A DNA stretch of 49,362 bases from Actinomycetota bacterium (GTDB taxonomy: Bacteria; Planctomycetota; Phycisphaerae; JAACET01): contig JAACET010000001.1 in assembly GCA_011682385.1 (NCBI GenBank), forward strand, positions 1-49,362. The letters are read 5' to 3'. Shown piece after piece: positions 18,279 through 28,036 of the stretch. The stretch's first letter is position 1, and each line of letters starts with the position of its first letter. The notes under the pieces are model-generated. The model saw nothing but the letters and a program-made list of their open reading frames with translations. It had not been told where the DNA came from and ran no database searches. The position numbers and the translations under genes were made by a program.

Positions 18279-19979
18279 ATGAGCAAGGAAGAAAGGACCT
18301 CCGCCGCTGATTTCATTCGGGCTATTGTTGCCGAGGACATGAAGACCGGCAAATGGGGTGGCCGGGTTGTCACCCGTTTCCCCCCGGAGCCCAACGGCTA
18401 TCTGCACATCGGCCATGCCAAGGCCTTTTGCCTGGACTTTGACATTGCCGCCCAGAACGACGGCGTATGCCACCTCCGTTTTGACGACACTAATCCTACC
18501 GCCGAGGAGCAGGAGTACATTGACGCCATCCAGGATGACCTCCGCTGGATGGGTTGCGACTGGGGTGAGCACCTTTATTATGCTTCGGATTATTTCCCTC
18601 AGATGTACGCCTACGCTGAACAGCTCATCAAGGCCGGCCACGCTTATGTTTGTGATTTGACCGCTGAGCAGACCCGCCAACATCGGGGTTCGCTCACCGA
18701 GCCCGGAAAAGACAGCCCCTACCGCAACCGCAGTGTTCAAGAGAACCTCGATTTATTTCATCGCATGCGTGCCGGCGAGTTCCCTGACGGCTCGCGTACT
18801 CTCAAGGCCAAGATCGACATGTCTTCGCCGAATTTGAACATGCGTGACCCGGTCATGTACCGTATTATTCATGCTCACCATCACCGCCAGGGCCGGACGT
18901 GGTGTATTTATCCCATGTACGACTGGGCTCACGGCCTGGAAGATTCCATTGAGGGCGTCACTCATTCGCTTTGTTCACTGGAGTTCGAGAACCATCGTCC
19001 CTTGTATGACTGGTTTTTGGACAAGCTCGGCGTACACCATCCTCAGCAGATCGAATTTGCTCGCTTCAATTTGACTTATACCGTTATGAGCAAGCGCAAA
19101 TTGCGTCGGCTCGTTGAGGAGGGACACGTCAACGGCTGGGACGACCCCCGGATGCCCACACTGCGTGGCCTGCGTCGTCGCGGCTACACCCCAGAGTCTA
19201 TCCGCGAGTGTATGCGCCGCGTGGGAATGGCCAAGTTTACCGGTACTACCGATATTGCTTTGTTAGAGCACTGCCTCCGCCAGCATTTGAACAAGTGTTC
19301 CCCGCGAGTCATGGCCGTGCTTCGCCCGTTGAAGGTCGTCATCACCAATTACCCTGATGGCCAGACCGAGCAACTCGAGGCCGTTAATAACCCTGAAGAC
19401 CCCACAGCCGGCACTCGGAGCATTCCCTTCTCACGCGAAATATACATCGAGCAGGACGATTTTCTGGAAGACCCACCAAAGAAGTTTTTCCGTTTAGCTC
19501 CCGGCCGGGAGGTCCGCCTGCGCTACGCTTACTTTATCACCTGCACTGAGATTATCAAGGACGCCGCTGGCCGGATCGTTGAGCTGCATTGTACTTATGA
19601 TCCGGCCACTCGTGGTGGCGACTCCCCTGAAGGCCGAAAGGTCAAGGCCACTCTGCACTGGGTCTCGGCTGAGCATTCACTGCCTGCTGAGGTTCGGCTC
19701 TACGAACATCTGTTTACCTGCGAGAACCCTGAAGACGTCGGCGAGGGGAGGAATTGTACCGACAATCTGAATCCTCACTCGCTTCAAGTCATTTCCGATT
19801 GCCGTATTGAGCCTTCGGTGGCCGACACCGTACCCGGTGACCGCTTCCAGTTCGAGCGTTTGGGTTATTTTTGTACGGACAAAGACTCCAGCAAAACCAA
19901 GCTCATTTTCAACCGCACCGTAACACTCAGGGACACCTGGGCCAAGATTCAAAAACAGCAACGACAGACAAACAGATAG
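18279..19979 (+). CDS. glnS: Glutamine--tRNA ligase
   Basis: [52 protein letters not shown]. Confidence 0.96.
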   Translation: MSKEERTSAADFIRAIVAEDMKTGKWGGRVVTRFPPEPNGYLHIGHAKAFCLDFDIAAQNDGVCHLRFDDTNPTAEEQEYIDAIQDDLRWMGCDWGEHLYYASDYFPQMYAYAEQLIKAGHAYVCDLTAEQTRQHRGSLTEPGKDSPYRNRSVQENLDLFHRMRAGEFPDGSRTLKAKIDMSSPNLNMRDPVMYRIIHAHHHRQGRTWCIYPMYDWAHGLEDSIEGVTHSLCSLEFENHRPLYDWFLDKLGVHHPQQIEFARFNLTYTVMSKRKLRRLVEEGHVNGWDDPRMPTLRGLRRRGYTPESIRECMRRVGMAKFTGTTDIALLEHCLRQHLNKCSPRVMAVLRPLKVVITNYPDGQTEQLEAVNNPEDPTAGTRSIPFSREIYIEQDDFLEDPPKKFFRLAPGREVRLRYAYFITCTEIIKDAAGRIVELHCTYDPATRGGDSPEGRKVKATLHWVSAEHSLPAEVRLYEHLFTCENPEDVGEGRNCTDNLNPHSLQVISDCRIEPSVADTVPGDRFQFERLGYFCTDKDSSKTKLIFNRTVTLRDTWAKIQKQQRQTNR

Positions 19980-19989
19980 AGGTGGATTT

Positions 19990-20892
19990 ATGTCTTTATT
20001 AGTTACCGGCTCAATTGGAATAGATTCTGTTCAGACCCCCTTTGGCAAAGTCGAGGGCGTGTTAGGCGGCTCAGCCAGTTATTTTTCGTATGCCGCCAGT
20101 TTCTTTTCTCCCGTACGACTGGTTGGCGCGGTCGGCCCCGATTTTCCCAAGGAGTTTCTGGAGTTACTTAAATCCCGGGACATTGATATAGAGGGCCTGG
20201 ATATCCGCCCTCACAGCAAGACCTTCCGTTGGGGTGGCAATTACACTGGTGACATGAACGAGGCTATCACCACCGACCTTCAGCTCAACGTGTTAGCTGA
20301 AACCCCGCCGACTATCCCGGAGTCTTTTCGCGATTCGGATTTTGTTTTTTTAGCTAACACCAGCCCGGCCCTACAGCTTGATCTTCTTAGTCAGCTCAAT
20401 GGTCCCAAGATGATCGTGGCCGATACTCGTGACCACTGGATAACCGAGAACCGTGATGATCTGCTCGCTCTGCTCCCAAAGATCACGGGCCTGGTTCTGA
20501 ACGACTTCGAAGCCAGCATACTTACTGGTTTGGATAACATGGTAGCTGCCGGGCAGTCTATCTTGGAGTTAGGCCCTCGCTTTGTGGTGGTCAAGAAGGG
20601 CGCCCACGGTTGTTTGCTCTTCGAAGGGTCCAACATTTGCGCCTTGCCGGCCTATCCCACTAATAAGGTCAAGGATCCTACTGGGGCTGGCGACTGCTTT
20701 GCGGGAGGCCTGATGGGTTATTTGGCCTCGAATGAGCTGGTGAGTTTCACCGCCCTACGGCGAGCGATAGGTTTTGCCACCGTCGTGGCCAGCTTTGCGA
20801 TAGAGGATTTTTCGTTGGCTCGGCTCCAGCAGATCAGTTTTGACGATATTCGTGCTCGCCTGGAAGAATTTCGCACCTTGAGCAGTTTTTAG
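19990..20892 (+). CDS. PfkB family carbohydrate kinase
   Basis: LGGSASY, KKGAHG, DPTGAGD.FAGG anion-hole motif. Confidence 0.9.
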   Translation: MSLLVTGSIGIDSVQTPFGKVEGVLGGSASYFSYAASFFSPVRLVGAVGPDFPKEFLELLKSRDIDIEGLDIRPHSKTFRWGGNYTGDMNEAITTDLQLNVLAETPPTIPESFRDSDFVFLANTSPALQLDLLSQLNGPKMIVADTRDHWITENRDDLLALLPKITGLVLNDFEASILTGLDNMVAAGQSILELGPRFVVVKKGAHGCLLFEGSNICALPAYPTNKVKDPTGAGDCFAGGLMGYLASNELVSFTALRRAIGFATVVASFAIEDFSLARLQQISFDDIRARLEEFRTLSSF

Positions 20893-20909
20893 TTGGAGTA
20901 CCTTGCCGG

Positions 20910-21506
20910 ATGTCGCTGCGTGTTTTTTTAGCTTTGGAACTGGATGATTTAATAAAGAAGCAACTGGCTCGTCTGCAGCATCGCTTATCTGCTGTTGGAG
21001 CGGACATCCGCTGGGTAAAGAGCGACCAGATACACCTGACCATGAAGTTTCTGGGCGAGCTCACGGACAAGATGGCCGTGGACGTCTGTAGGCTCTGCCA
21101 AAATGTTTCCGCGGAGTTTACTTCTTTCGAGTTTGGCGTACACGGAGCCGGCTGTTTTTCCAACCACGGCCAGCCCAGAGTTCTCTGGGTGGGCATAACC
21201 GATCCCAGCGGTTCGGTCCGTCGGCTGCACGAACGGCTCGAAAAGACCCTCGGTCCTTTGGGTTTACGCCGCGAGTTGCGGGCTTTTAGACCTCATGTTA
21301 CTCTGGGTAGGGCGCGCTCGGGCAAGAACGCTCAGGACCTGCGTTTGGCCGTCGAGAAGAATAAAGACTTTGAAGTCGGCATTCAACAGGCCCAGGAGAT
21401 TACTATATTTTCTTCTCAGTTATCCCCTGATGGCCCGCTTCACACGGTCATTGGCCGGGCAGTCTTTGGTGATGAGCCTGCTTCACCGCTGCCGGGGTCA
21501 GCTTAG
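20910..21506 (+). CDS. thpR: RNA 2',3'-cyclic phosphodiesterase (2H family)
   Basis: Two HxT motifs (HLTMKFLG, PHVTLGR), PRVLWVG; common position upstream of recA. Confidence 0.9.
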   Translation: MSLRVFLALELDDLIKKQLARLQHRLSAVGADIRWVKSDQIHLTMKFLGELTDKMAVDVCRLCQNVSAEFTSFEFGVHGAGCFSNHGQPRVLWVGITDPSGSVRRLHERLEKTLGPLGLRRELRAFRPHVTLGRARSGKNAQDLRLAVEKNKDFEVGIQQAQEITIFSSQLSPDGPLHTVIGRAVFGDEPASPLPGSA

Positions 21507-21574
21507 CAGGAGCTGTTTATAGCGAATTGATTTGAAGCCTTGTTCATTTTTTCTATATAATTCGGAGAACTACC

Positions 21575-22636
21575 ATGGCCAAATCCAGCAACAATCAGGA
21601 AAAACGCAGCGAGGCCCTCGATCGCACTATTGCCCAGATCGAAAAATCCTTTGGAAAAGGCTCCATCATGCAGTTGGCCGACCAGCCCACACTGATCAAA
21701 GAAGGCATTAGCACCGGGGCCTTATCACTTGATTTAGCCTTGGGTGGCGCGGGTATGCCCCGTGGCCGAATTGTCGAGCTCTATGGACCCGAATCATCGG
21801 GAAAGACCACGCTGGCTCTGCACGTTATCTCCAATGCTCAGAAGACAGGCGGCGTAGCGGCCTTTATTGACGCCGAGCATAGTTTTGATACCACTTGGGC
21901 CAAAAGGCTGGGGGTCGACACCGACCACCTGCTATTCAGCCAACCCGACTATGGCGAGCAGGCTCTGAATATTACCGAGATGCTGGTCCGCTCGAATGCC
22001 TTAGACGTCATTGTGGTTGATTCTGTTGCTGCCTTGATCCCCAAGAGCGAGATTGACGGCGAGATAGGCGACGTCCACGTAGGGCTGCAGGCCCGGCTGA
22101 TGAGCCAGGCCATGCGCAAGTTAGCCGGCGTCATTTCCAAGAGTCGCGCTTGCGTTATTTTTATCAACCAGATTCGCGAGAAGATTGGCGTAATGTTCGG
22201 CAGTCCGGAGACCACTCCCGGCGGCCGGGCCCTGAAGTTCTATGCTTCGATCCGCCTGGACATCCGCCGCGTGACCACCCTCAAGCAGGGCGATCAATCC
22301 ATTGGCACTCACGTGCGGGCCCGGGTGGTCAAGAGCAAGATATCTCCACCGTTTAAGAGGGCTGAGTTCGACATACTTTTTGACGAGGGCATCAGCTATT
22401 ATGGTGATTTGCTTGGTTTGGCCCTGGAGAACGGCCTGGCCACTAAATCCGGTTCTTGGCTCAATTATGGCCAGGTACGTTTGGGTCAGGGTCAAAACGT
22501 CGCCCGTAAGTTTTTGCAGGACAATCCCGACTTAGCCGAGGAGATCAGAGCCAAGGTGTTGGCCCTACACGGCCCAAAGGCAGACCCCGAAAAGACACCC
22601 GCCCCCGCCCCCAAGCCGGCCAAGAAATCTAAGTAG
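21575..22636 (+). CDS. recA: Recombinase RecA
   Basis: GPESSGKTT Walker [50 protein letters not shown]. Confidence 0.98.
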   Translation: MAKSSNNQEKRSEALDRTIAQIEKSFGKGSIMQLADQPTLIKEGISTGALSLDLALGGAGMPRGRIVELYGPESSGKTTLALHVISNAQKTGGVAAFIDAEHSFDTTWAKRLGVDTDHLLFSQPDYGEQALNITEMLVRSNALDVIVVDSVAALIPKSEIDGEIGDVHVGLQARLMSQAMRKLAGVISKSRACVIFINQIREKIGVMFGSPETTPGGRALKFYASIRLDIRRVTTLKQGDQSIGTHVRARVVKSKISPPFKRAEFDILFDEGISYYGDLLGLALENGLATKSGSWLNYGQVRLGQGQNVARKFLQDNPDLAEEIRAKVLALHGPKADPEKTPAPAPKPAKKSK

Positions 22637-22658
22637 AGGCCATCCCCACGTTTTTTTA

Positions 22659-22690
22659 AATGCCCCCGGCCTCCGTGCCGGGGGTTTTTT
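22659..22690. terminator. Bidirectional terminator / palindrome (copy B of the 29-bp repeat)
   Basis: GCCCCCGGC-ctccgt-GCCGGGGGT followed by TTTTT, between convergent recA and the methyltransferase. Confidence 0.75.
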
Positions 22691-23486
22691 ACTTTGTCAA
22701 TTTTCCTTCGCGGTGTGCCGTGATGTAGTTCATGGCGAACTCGTCGCGATTGCTCAGCAGCTCAGCCGCAGCAATTGTAGCGTGCAGCCCGGCGCAGTTC
22801 GGATCGCATATAGCCGCATCCAGCCCTCGCGATATTAGTATCGTCAGGAAGCTCAAGTTTAGCGATCTGCGTTCCGGCAGACCGAAGGATACGTTGCTCA
22901 GTCCGGCTATGGTGTGTACCCCTGGATATTTGACCATTATTTTTTCTATAGCTACAGCCATATCCATTGGTGCCTTCGGCTGAGCGCTTACCGGAAACAC
23001 AGCCATATCCAGATAGATATCTTCGATTTTTTTCCCGCATGTTTTCGTCAGGTGCTCGATCAGGGCCTGGGCCGTGGCCAGCCTATCTTCTACGCCGCCG
23101 GGCATACCGGCATCGGACACACACAAACCTACTACTCCGCAGTCATGCTCTTTGAGTAAGGGCGTAAAGCATTCCAGGCGTTCTTTTTCCATGGATATGC
23201 TATTGACTATGGGTTTTTTCTTGGTCAGTTGCAGTCCTTTTTTCATAGCCTCCGCATCACTGCTGTCCAGCATGATCGGCAGATCGGAAGTTTGCTGAAC
23301 TATCCCCAGCAGCCATTCCATGGTTTCGATTTCTTTGCCGGCCAGTCCCGCGTTCACATCGATGTAATCTGCTCCTGCCTCTGCCTGTTCCGTGACGGTT
23401 TGAACGATCAGTTCGGCATTACGCTCGTTGCAGGCCTGTCCTATCCGTTTCCGCGTGGCGTTGATTTTTTCCCCGACGATCAGCAT
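22689..23486 (-). CDS. Methyltetrahydrofolate:corrinoid methyltransferase (AcsE/MeTr-like, pterin-binding fold)
   Basis: MLIVGEKIN.TRK, AGAD.IDVNAG, LDS, NSIS, GLSNVSFGLP.R..LN, GLDAAI.DP, Y..A.REG C-terminus. Confidence 0.85.
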   Translation of the reverse strand: MLIVGEKINATRKRIGQACNERNAELIVQTVTEQAEAGADYIDVNAGLAGKEIETMEWLLGIVQQTSDLPIMLDSSDAEAMKKGLQLTKKKPIVNSISMEKERLECFTPLLKEHDCGVVGLCVSDAGMPGGVEDRLATAQALIEHLTKTCGKKIEDIYLDMAVFPVSAQPKAPMDMAVAIEKIMVKYPGVHTIAGLSNVSFGLPERRSLNLSFLTILISRGLDAAICDPNCAGLHATIAAAELLSNRDEFAMNYITAHREGKLTK

Positions 23487-23668
23487 TGTACTATATCCTT
23501 TCTATAACCTCGGATACTCACAGGGGCTCTCACATGCCCGATACTACCGGGTTTTGCCGGTGGTTGGCCGCCATCATAGCCGATATTATCCTGCTTACAA
23601 GGACAAACCGAGCTTTCGGGTGGTGGTCCTTTGCTTGAAGGTCGATTGGTCCGCGGTACTGCGTTTCG

Positions 23669-23697
23669 TTGACTAAAGCTGGTCCTTGTGAGATACT
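23669..23697 (+). promoter_or_regulatory. sigma70-type promoter for DUF374-lpxB-nnrE
   Basis: TTGACT-N17-GATACT with a TGn extended -10. Confidence 0.45.
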
Positions 23698-23739
23698 CTC
23701 CTATGGCTGAGGGCAGGATACCCGATTTTGGTGCCGGTT

Positions 23740-24465
23740 ATGAGTCTATTGAAGAAACAGCGTTGGCTGGGACACGTTGGTCCGCCGCTTACTTTTTTGT
23801 TGGGCCGGTCCCTCTGGCCCACTATGTACCTGGAGGTATTTGGCAGCGAGCACTTGGCTAGCGCCTACCGGGAGCACGGGCAGGCTATTTTGGCTTTCTG
23901 GCACAATCGGTTGTTGGTGCTTCCTTTTATTTACCGCTATCGGATGCACCTGAAGAATCTTGTTGCTATGGCCTCCAGATCGCGCGACGGTGATTTTGTG
24001 GCCAGTTTTCTGGATAGGTTTGGTTTTCACACTATCCGCGGTTCTAGCAGCAAGGGTGGCGGTCGGAGTTTCACTCAGGCCATAAGAATGGCTCGGCAGG
24101 GTTATGATATAGCCATAGCCACGGATGGCCCTCGTGGTCCGATATATCAGGTTCAGCCGGGCGTAATTAAGTTGGCCCAGATAACCTCATTGCCGATTGT
24201 TCCGGCAAGTTACCAGGTGAGCATTGGCCGAGAGCTTAGCAGTTGGGATAAATTCATTGTGCCTGGTCCTTTTACCAAGTTGGCTTTTGAAATTGCTCCG
24301 ATTATCACGGTTCCCCGGCGGGCTGGCAAAGATCAAGTTGAACAGATCAGGATCCAATTGCAGAGTCAATTGGAGCAGTTACATGTTAGAGGTTCAGCCC
24401 GCTTGAAAGAACGAGGTGAACCGGCTTCGATAATGGCCCAATGCGTAGGCGATCGGCGGGATTAG
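23740..24465 (+). CDS. DUF374 lysophospholipid acyltransferase family protein (LpxJ-like)
   Basis: ILAFWH, ASRSRDG, IRGSSS.GG, TDGPRGP, SWD.F..P.PF motifs; adjacent to lpxB. Confidence 0.85.
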   Translation: MSLLKKQRWLGHVGPPLTFLLGRSLWPTMYLEVFGSEHLASAYREHGQAILAFWHNRLLVLPFIYRYRMHLKNLVAMASRSRDGDFVASFLDRFGFHTIRGSSSKGGGRSFTQAIRMARQGYDIAIATDGPRGPIYQVQPGVIKLAQITSLPIVPASYQVSIGRELSSWDKFIVPGPFTKLAFEIAPIITVPRRAGKDQVEQIRIQLQSQLEQLHVRGSARLKERGEPASIMAQCVGDRRD

Positions 24466-24508
24466 GCGATTTTTTCTTTTGCATTATCGAGTGCGGAGTG
24501 GAGCGGAC

Positions 24509-25675
24509 TTGAAACACGACCCCTTGATTTTCATTTCTGCCGCAGACATATCTTCGGAGTCTCACGCAGCCGATCTCGTCGAGGCCGTCCGCAGATTGCG
24601 TCCCGGTGCCAGGTTTGTCGGTGTCGGCGGCGAGAAGCTAGCCTCTAAGGGAGTGGAGTTGGTGGCTGAGGTCATGGGCCAATCAGCCATGACTTATGCT
24701 GCTTTTATCAAGATTGGCTACTTTGTCAGGATAATTGAGCGGGTAGGTCGGATAATGAGACAGCGTAAGTTTGATGCTGTCGTTTTTCTTGACTCGCCGG
24801 CCCTTCACTTTCCGATGGCCCGCAAGGCCAAGAATCAGCGTATCCCCAGCCTCTATTATATTGCCCCTCAGCTCTGGGCTTGGGGCAGGCATCGCCTGTC
24901 CAAGCTGCGTTGGCTGGTTGACAAGGTAGCTTGCATTCTTCCGTTTGAGGAGCAATGGTTTCGCCGCTATGGTATCGACGCCACTTATGTTGGTTATCCT
25001 TTGTTTGATGATCTTGAAACTTGGGGTCACTCCAAGCGTACCGATCTAAGGCAGGGCTCTCCCACCATAGTTTTGCTGCCTGGCTCAAGGGCTCATGAGG
25101 TTAAAGCCCTCATGCCGGCCATGATAACTGTCGCCCGCCGGGTCCGTGAGCGTTGGCCGCAAGCTTGTTTTGTTGTTCCTGCTGCCAATGAGCGAATCTT
25201 GGAAACGGTCAATGACTTGTTGAGCAGCGACGACAGACAGTATTTTCACGTCGAGCGTGGAATTATCCACCAGGCCATCGAGGCCGGCGATTTTTGTGTG
25301 GCCGCCTCGGGCACTGCCACGCTGGAGGTCGCCGCCTATGGCCGTCCCATGGTGGTCATGTATCACGTCAATCCGGTGCTTTGGAAGCTCGTTGGTTGGT
25401 GGCTCGTGCCTCAAAGACCCATGTGCTTGGTGAACATCTTAGCCGGTCGCATTATCGTTCCCGAGTTTATGCCTTGGTCTGGCTCAGCCGAGCCGATTGT
25501 GCAGAAGGTCTTGGAGTTGCTTGCCGACAAGCAAGCCCTGGCCGAGATGTCCCGGGAATTGCTCAAGGTAGCCGAGCCTCTCAAGCGTGGCGGCACAGCT
25601 GACAGGGTAGCTCGAATGCTTTTGGACCTTGCTGATAAGCCGAAGAAAGGAACAGCCGGAAATCGTCGTGGATAA
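24509..25675 (+). CDS. lpxB: Lipid-A-disaccharide synthase
   Basis: IFISA...S...H.A, F.GVGG, LDSP, YYIAPQLWAW, ILPFE, LLPGSR..E, SGTATLE, N......IVPEF. Start approximate (TTG 24479 or 24509). Confidence 0.9.
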   Translation: MKHDPLIFISAADISSESHAADLVEAVRRLRPGARFVGVGGEKLASKGVELVAEVMGQSAMTYAAFIKIGYFVRIIERVGRIMRQRKFDAVVFLDSPALHFPMARKAKNQRIPSLYYIAPQLWAWGRHRLSKLRWLVDKVACILPFEEQWFRRYGIDATYVGYPLFDDLETWGHSKRTDLRQGSPTIVLLPGSRAHEVKALMPAMITVARRVRERWPQACFVVPAANERILETVNDLLSSDDRQYFHVERGIIHQAIEAGDFCVAASGTATLEVAAYGRPMVVMYHVNPVLWKLVGWWLVPQRPMCLVNILAGRIIVPEFMPWSGSAEPIVQKVLELLADKQALAEMSRELLKVAEPLKRGGTADRVARMLLDLADKPKKGTAGNRRG

Positions 25676-26345
25676 AGAACGCACACTCAGCCGAGACCAG
25701 GTCCGCGAAGTTGATCGTAGGGCCATCGCCGACTTTGGCATTCCCGGCATTGTCCTGATGGAAAACGCCTCCCGGGCCGTGGCTGATTTCGCACGTCGTC
25801 GATTATCCGGCCTGACCAATCCTCGAGTTACCATCGTCGCTGGTACGGGGAATAACGCCGGCGACGGATTCGCCGTGGCCAGGCATTTGCACAATGCGGA
25901 ATTGCCCGTAGTCGTGTTCTTGGCCGGTGATCCCGCACGGATTTCTGGCGACGCCAGGACTAATCTGGAGATTATCCAGCGAATGCAGCTGGACATCCGC
26001 ACGCTTAGTCAGGATCAACAGGCACTCGACGGGCTACGTGCCGAGTTGGCCGAAGCTGACTTGGTTATAGACGCGATTTTCGGTACCGGACTTTCCGGCC
26101 CGGTCCACGGCTTTTACGCAGAGGTTATTGAGACCCTCAATTCTTCCGGTTCGGCGATTTTGGCCGTCGATATTCCTTCCGGTCTGGATTGCGACACCGG
26201 CCTTCCTTTGGGCCCAGCCGTGCGAGCTGCGGCCACGGTCAGTTTCCTCGCCCGCAAGAAGGGCTTTAGCGTTCCTGGCGCTGATGCCTACACCGGTCAG
26301 GTCCACATAGCTGATATTGGTGCCCCTCGCGAGCTATTCACTTAG
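25668..26345 (+). CDS. nnrE: NAD(P)H-hydrate epimerase (YjeF N-terminal domain)
   Basis: D..AI..FGIP...LMENA, G.GNN.GDG..VARHL, DAIFGTG, AVDIPSG, DIG.P. Confidence 0.92.
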   Translation: MDKERTLSRDQVREVDRRAIADFGIPGIVLMENASRAVADFARRRLSGLTNPRVTIVAGTGNNAGDGFAVARHLHNAELPVVVFLAGDPARISGDARTNLEIIQRMQLDIRTLSQDQQALDGLRAELAEADLVIDAIFGTGLSGPVHGFYAEVIETLNSSGSAILAVDIPSGLDCDTGLPLGPAVRAAATVSFLARKKGFSVPGADAYTGQVHIADIGAPRELFT

Positions 26346-26365
26346 TTACTGCCCCACCGACCTCC

Positions 26366-26586
26366 GCCGATACCCGCAACTATCCGAAAAACCTAAAGTT
26401 TTAGAATCTGTCAGCCGATACAAAAGATACCTGTTTTATCGGACCTATACGGGGTTGGGATAAAAATTTAGCTCTAGGGAGGTTTTACTTATCTGGACCC
26501 TCTACAGTGCCGATAAGTTCACAGCCGCCGGTTATGTGAAGCCGGGCCCGTTGGGGGTGGCGGGTAGAACTTTCACGCTGCCGATA
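26366..26586 (+). promoter_or_regulatory. Cluster of four sigma28 (FliA/WhiG)-type -10 boxes
   Basis: GCCGATA at 26366, 26414, 26509 and 26580. The second has TAAAGTTT at 26394 (TAAA-N16-GCCGATA). Confidence 0.55.
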
Positions 26587-26654
26587 CCCCGAAGTAGAAG
26601 CAACAGACAAGCGAGCAGCCGGTGAATAGTAGTCATAATCAAGGAAACAGATGT

Positions 26655-26915
26655 ATGGAACCTATGCTTGATCAGCAGGTGGTGTTGGTCAAGGGCAAGC
26701 ACCGGTACCTGTTCCGTTACCAGGAAGGATCGGAGTTAGCTGCTCTGGACGCCTTTGTGGGCTTAGCCGCCAATGCTCAGAGTGATTTTGACTGGTTTGA
26801 CGCTGCGGTCTTGAGTTACCAGGTTTCGAAGAATTTTCGTGATCCTGAAGAGCCTGACCAGAACGCTGGCTGGGACCAGGATTATCCCGAGGCTCAGGAA
26901 GAGTATTGGCCGTAG
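26655..26915 (+). CDS. Small hypothetical protein of a type seen in planctomycetes
   Basis: AAGGA RBS. LVKG.HRYLF.Y...F.WFDAAVLS resembles a small planctomycete protein family (from memory, not searched). Confidence 0.7.
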   Translation: MEPMLDQQVVLVKGKHRYLFRYQEGSELAALDAFVGLAANAQSDFDWFDAAVLSYQVSKNFRDPEEPDQNAGWDQDYPEAQEEYWP

Positions 26916-27008
26916 GCTGGGGTTTTGTTTTTACTTTTTTAAGTTTGCCGCAAGGACTGTGGCTGTTGCAGTTATTATTTTTAGTCCTCTGATAGGCAGG
27001 AAAAGCAG

Positions 27009-27968
27009 ATGAATACGCCATTGATCCAGGAGTTCTTCAGTTACCTTAGATATGAGAAGCATTTTTCAGGTCACACTCTGAAATGCTACAACACGGATTT
27101 GCAGCAGTACATCGAGTTTCTGGACACCGAGCAGGCCAGCTCGACTTCCCAGCACTCCTTTGAGTCCGGCGGCACTGCCACTGCTGTGGCCATGGAGGTT
27201 CGAGCGGAGATACTCTCCGTCACTGCCGCTACCATTCGCGAGTTTCTGGTGATGTTGCACAACAGGAATTACAGTCGTGCCACTACTGCCAGAAAGTTGG
27301 CCACTCTGCGATCTTTTTATAAGTTTCTGGTTCGCCGAGGTTACCTGCAGTCCAGTCCGGTGGCTGTCATCCGCACGCCCAAGCAGGAGAAGCGTCTGCC
27401 GAAGTTTCTGGAGGCCGAGCAGATCGAGGCTCTGTTTGCTGCTCCCGACCGAACCACTCTGTTGGGCCTGAGGGATTGGGCCATGCTGGAGGTCATGTAT
27501 TCCACCGGCGTAAGAGTTAGCGAGTTGGTCGGCTTGGATGTCACTGACGTGGATTTCGACGAAGCCATTCTGCACATTCGTGGTAAAGGCCGCCGCGAGC
27601 GTCTTTCCCCTGTCGGCCAGCAGGCCCTGGAGGCCATAAGACAGTATCTCACCAAGCGTGGACAGCCCAAACCCGGAGAATCCGTCGATCAGCAGGCTCT
27701 GTTTGTCAACAAATCGGGCCAGCGTCTAAGCACCCGCAGCGTCCGACGCAAACTCGACAAATACCTGGCTCAGGCCAACCTGGACCCCTCTATCAGTCCG
27801 CACACGCTAAGACACACGTTCGCTACGCACATGCTCAACCGTGGCGCCGATCTGCGCAGTGTCCAGGAGTTGCTTGGCCACCGTAGCCTCAGTACTACTC
27901 AGGTATATACGCATTTGACCACAGGTCGTCTAAAAGAGGTTTACGATAAGGCCCATCCTCGCTCCTAG
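27009..27968 (+). CDS. xerC: Tyrosine recombinase XerC
   Basis: EK..S.HT...Y..DL, RKLA.LRSFYKFL, K.LPKFL, RD.A.LE..YSTG.RVSEL, GKG.RER, SPHTLRHTFATHML..GADLRSVQELLGH..LSTTQ.YTH, Y.KAHPR. Confidence 0.9.
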   Translation: MNTPLIQEFFSYLRYEKHFSGHTLKCYNTDLQQYIEFLDTEQASSTSQHSFESGGTATAVAMEVRAEILSVTAATIREFLVMLHNRNYSRATTARKLATLRSFYKFLVRRGYLQSSPVAVIRTPKQEKRLPKFLEAEQIEALFAAPDRTTLLGLRDWAMLEVMYSTGVRVSELVGLDVTDVDFDEAILHIRGKGRRERLSPVGQQALEAIRQYLTKRGQPKPGESVDQQALFVNKSGQRLSTRSVRRKLDKYLAQANLDPSISPHTLRHTFATHMLNRGADLRSVQELLGHRSLSTTQVYTHLTTGRLKEVYDKAHPRS

Positions 27969-27996
27969 GGCTCGAAAAAAAGACGACCAGTGCCTG

Positions 27997-28025
27997 AAAG
28001 GGGCCCGTATGGGTCCCTTTTCTTT
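27997..28025 (+). terminator. Rho-independent terminator after xerC
   Basis: AAAGGGGCCC-gtat-GGGTCCCTTT followed by TCTTT. Confidence 0.7.
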
Positions 28026-28036
28026 AGAAGTTAGCT

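Noticed and set aside
21510-21574. LexA/SOS box upstream of recA
   Set aside because: Only a lone TGTTC half-site; it completes none of the LexA box patterns I know.
23490-23740. Cobalamin riboswitch upstream of the AcsE-like gene
   Set aside because: No GGGAA or GCCACTG B12-box elements on the - strand.
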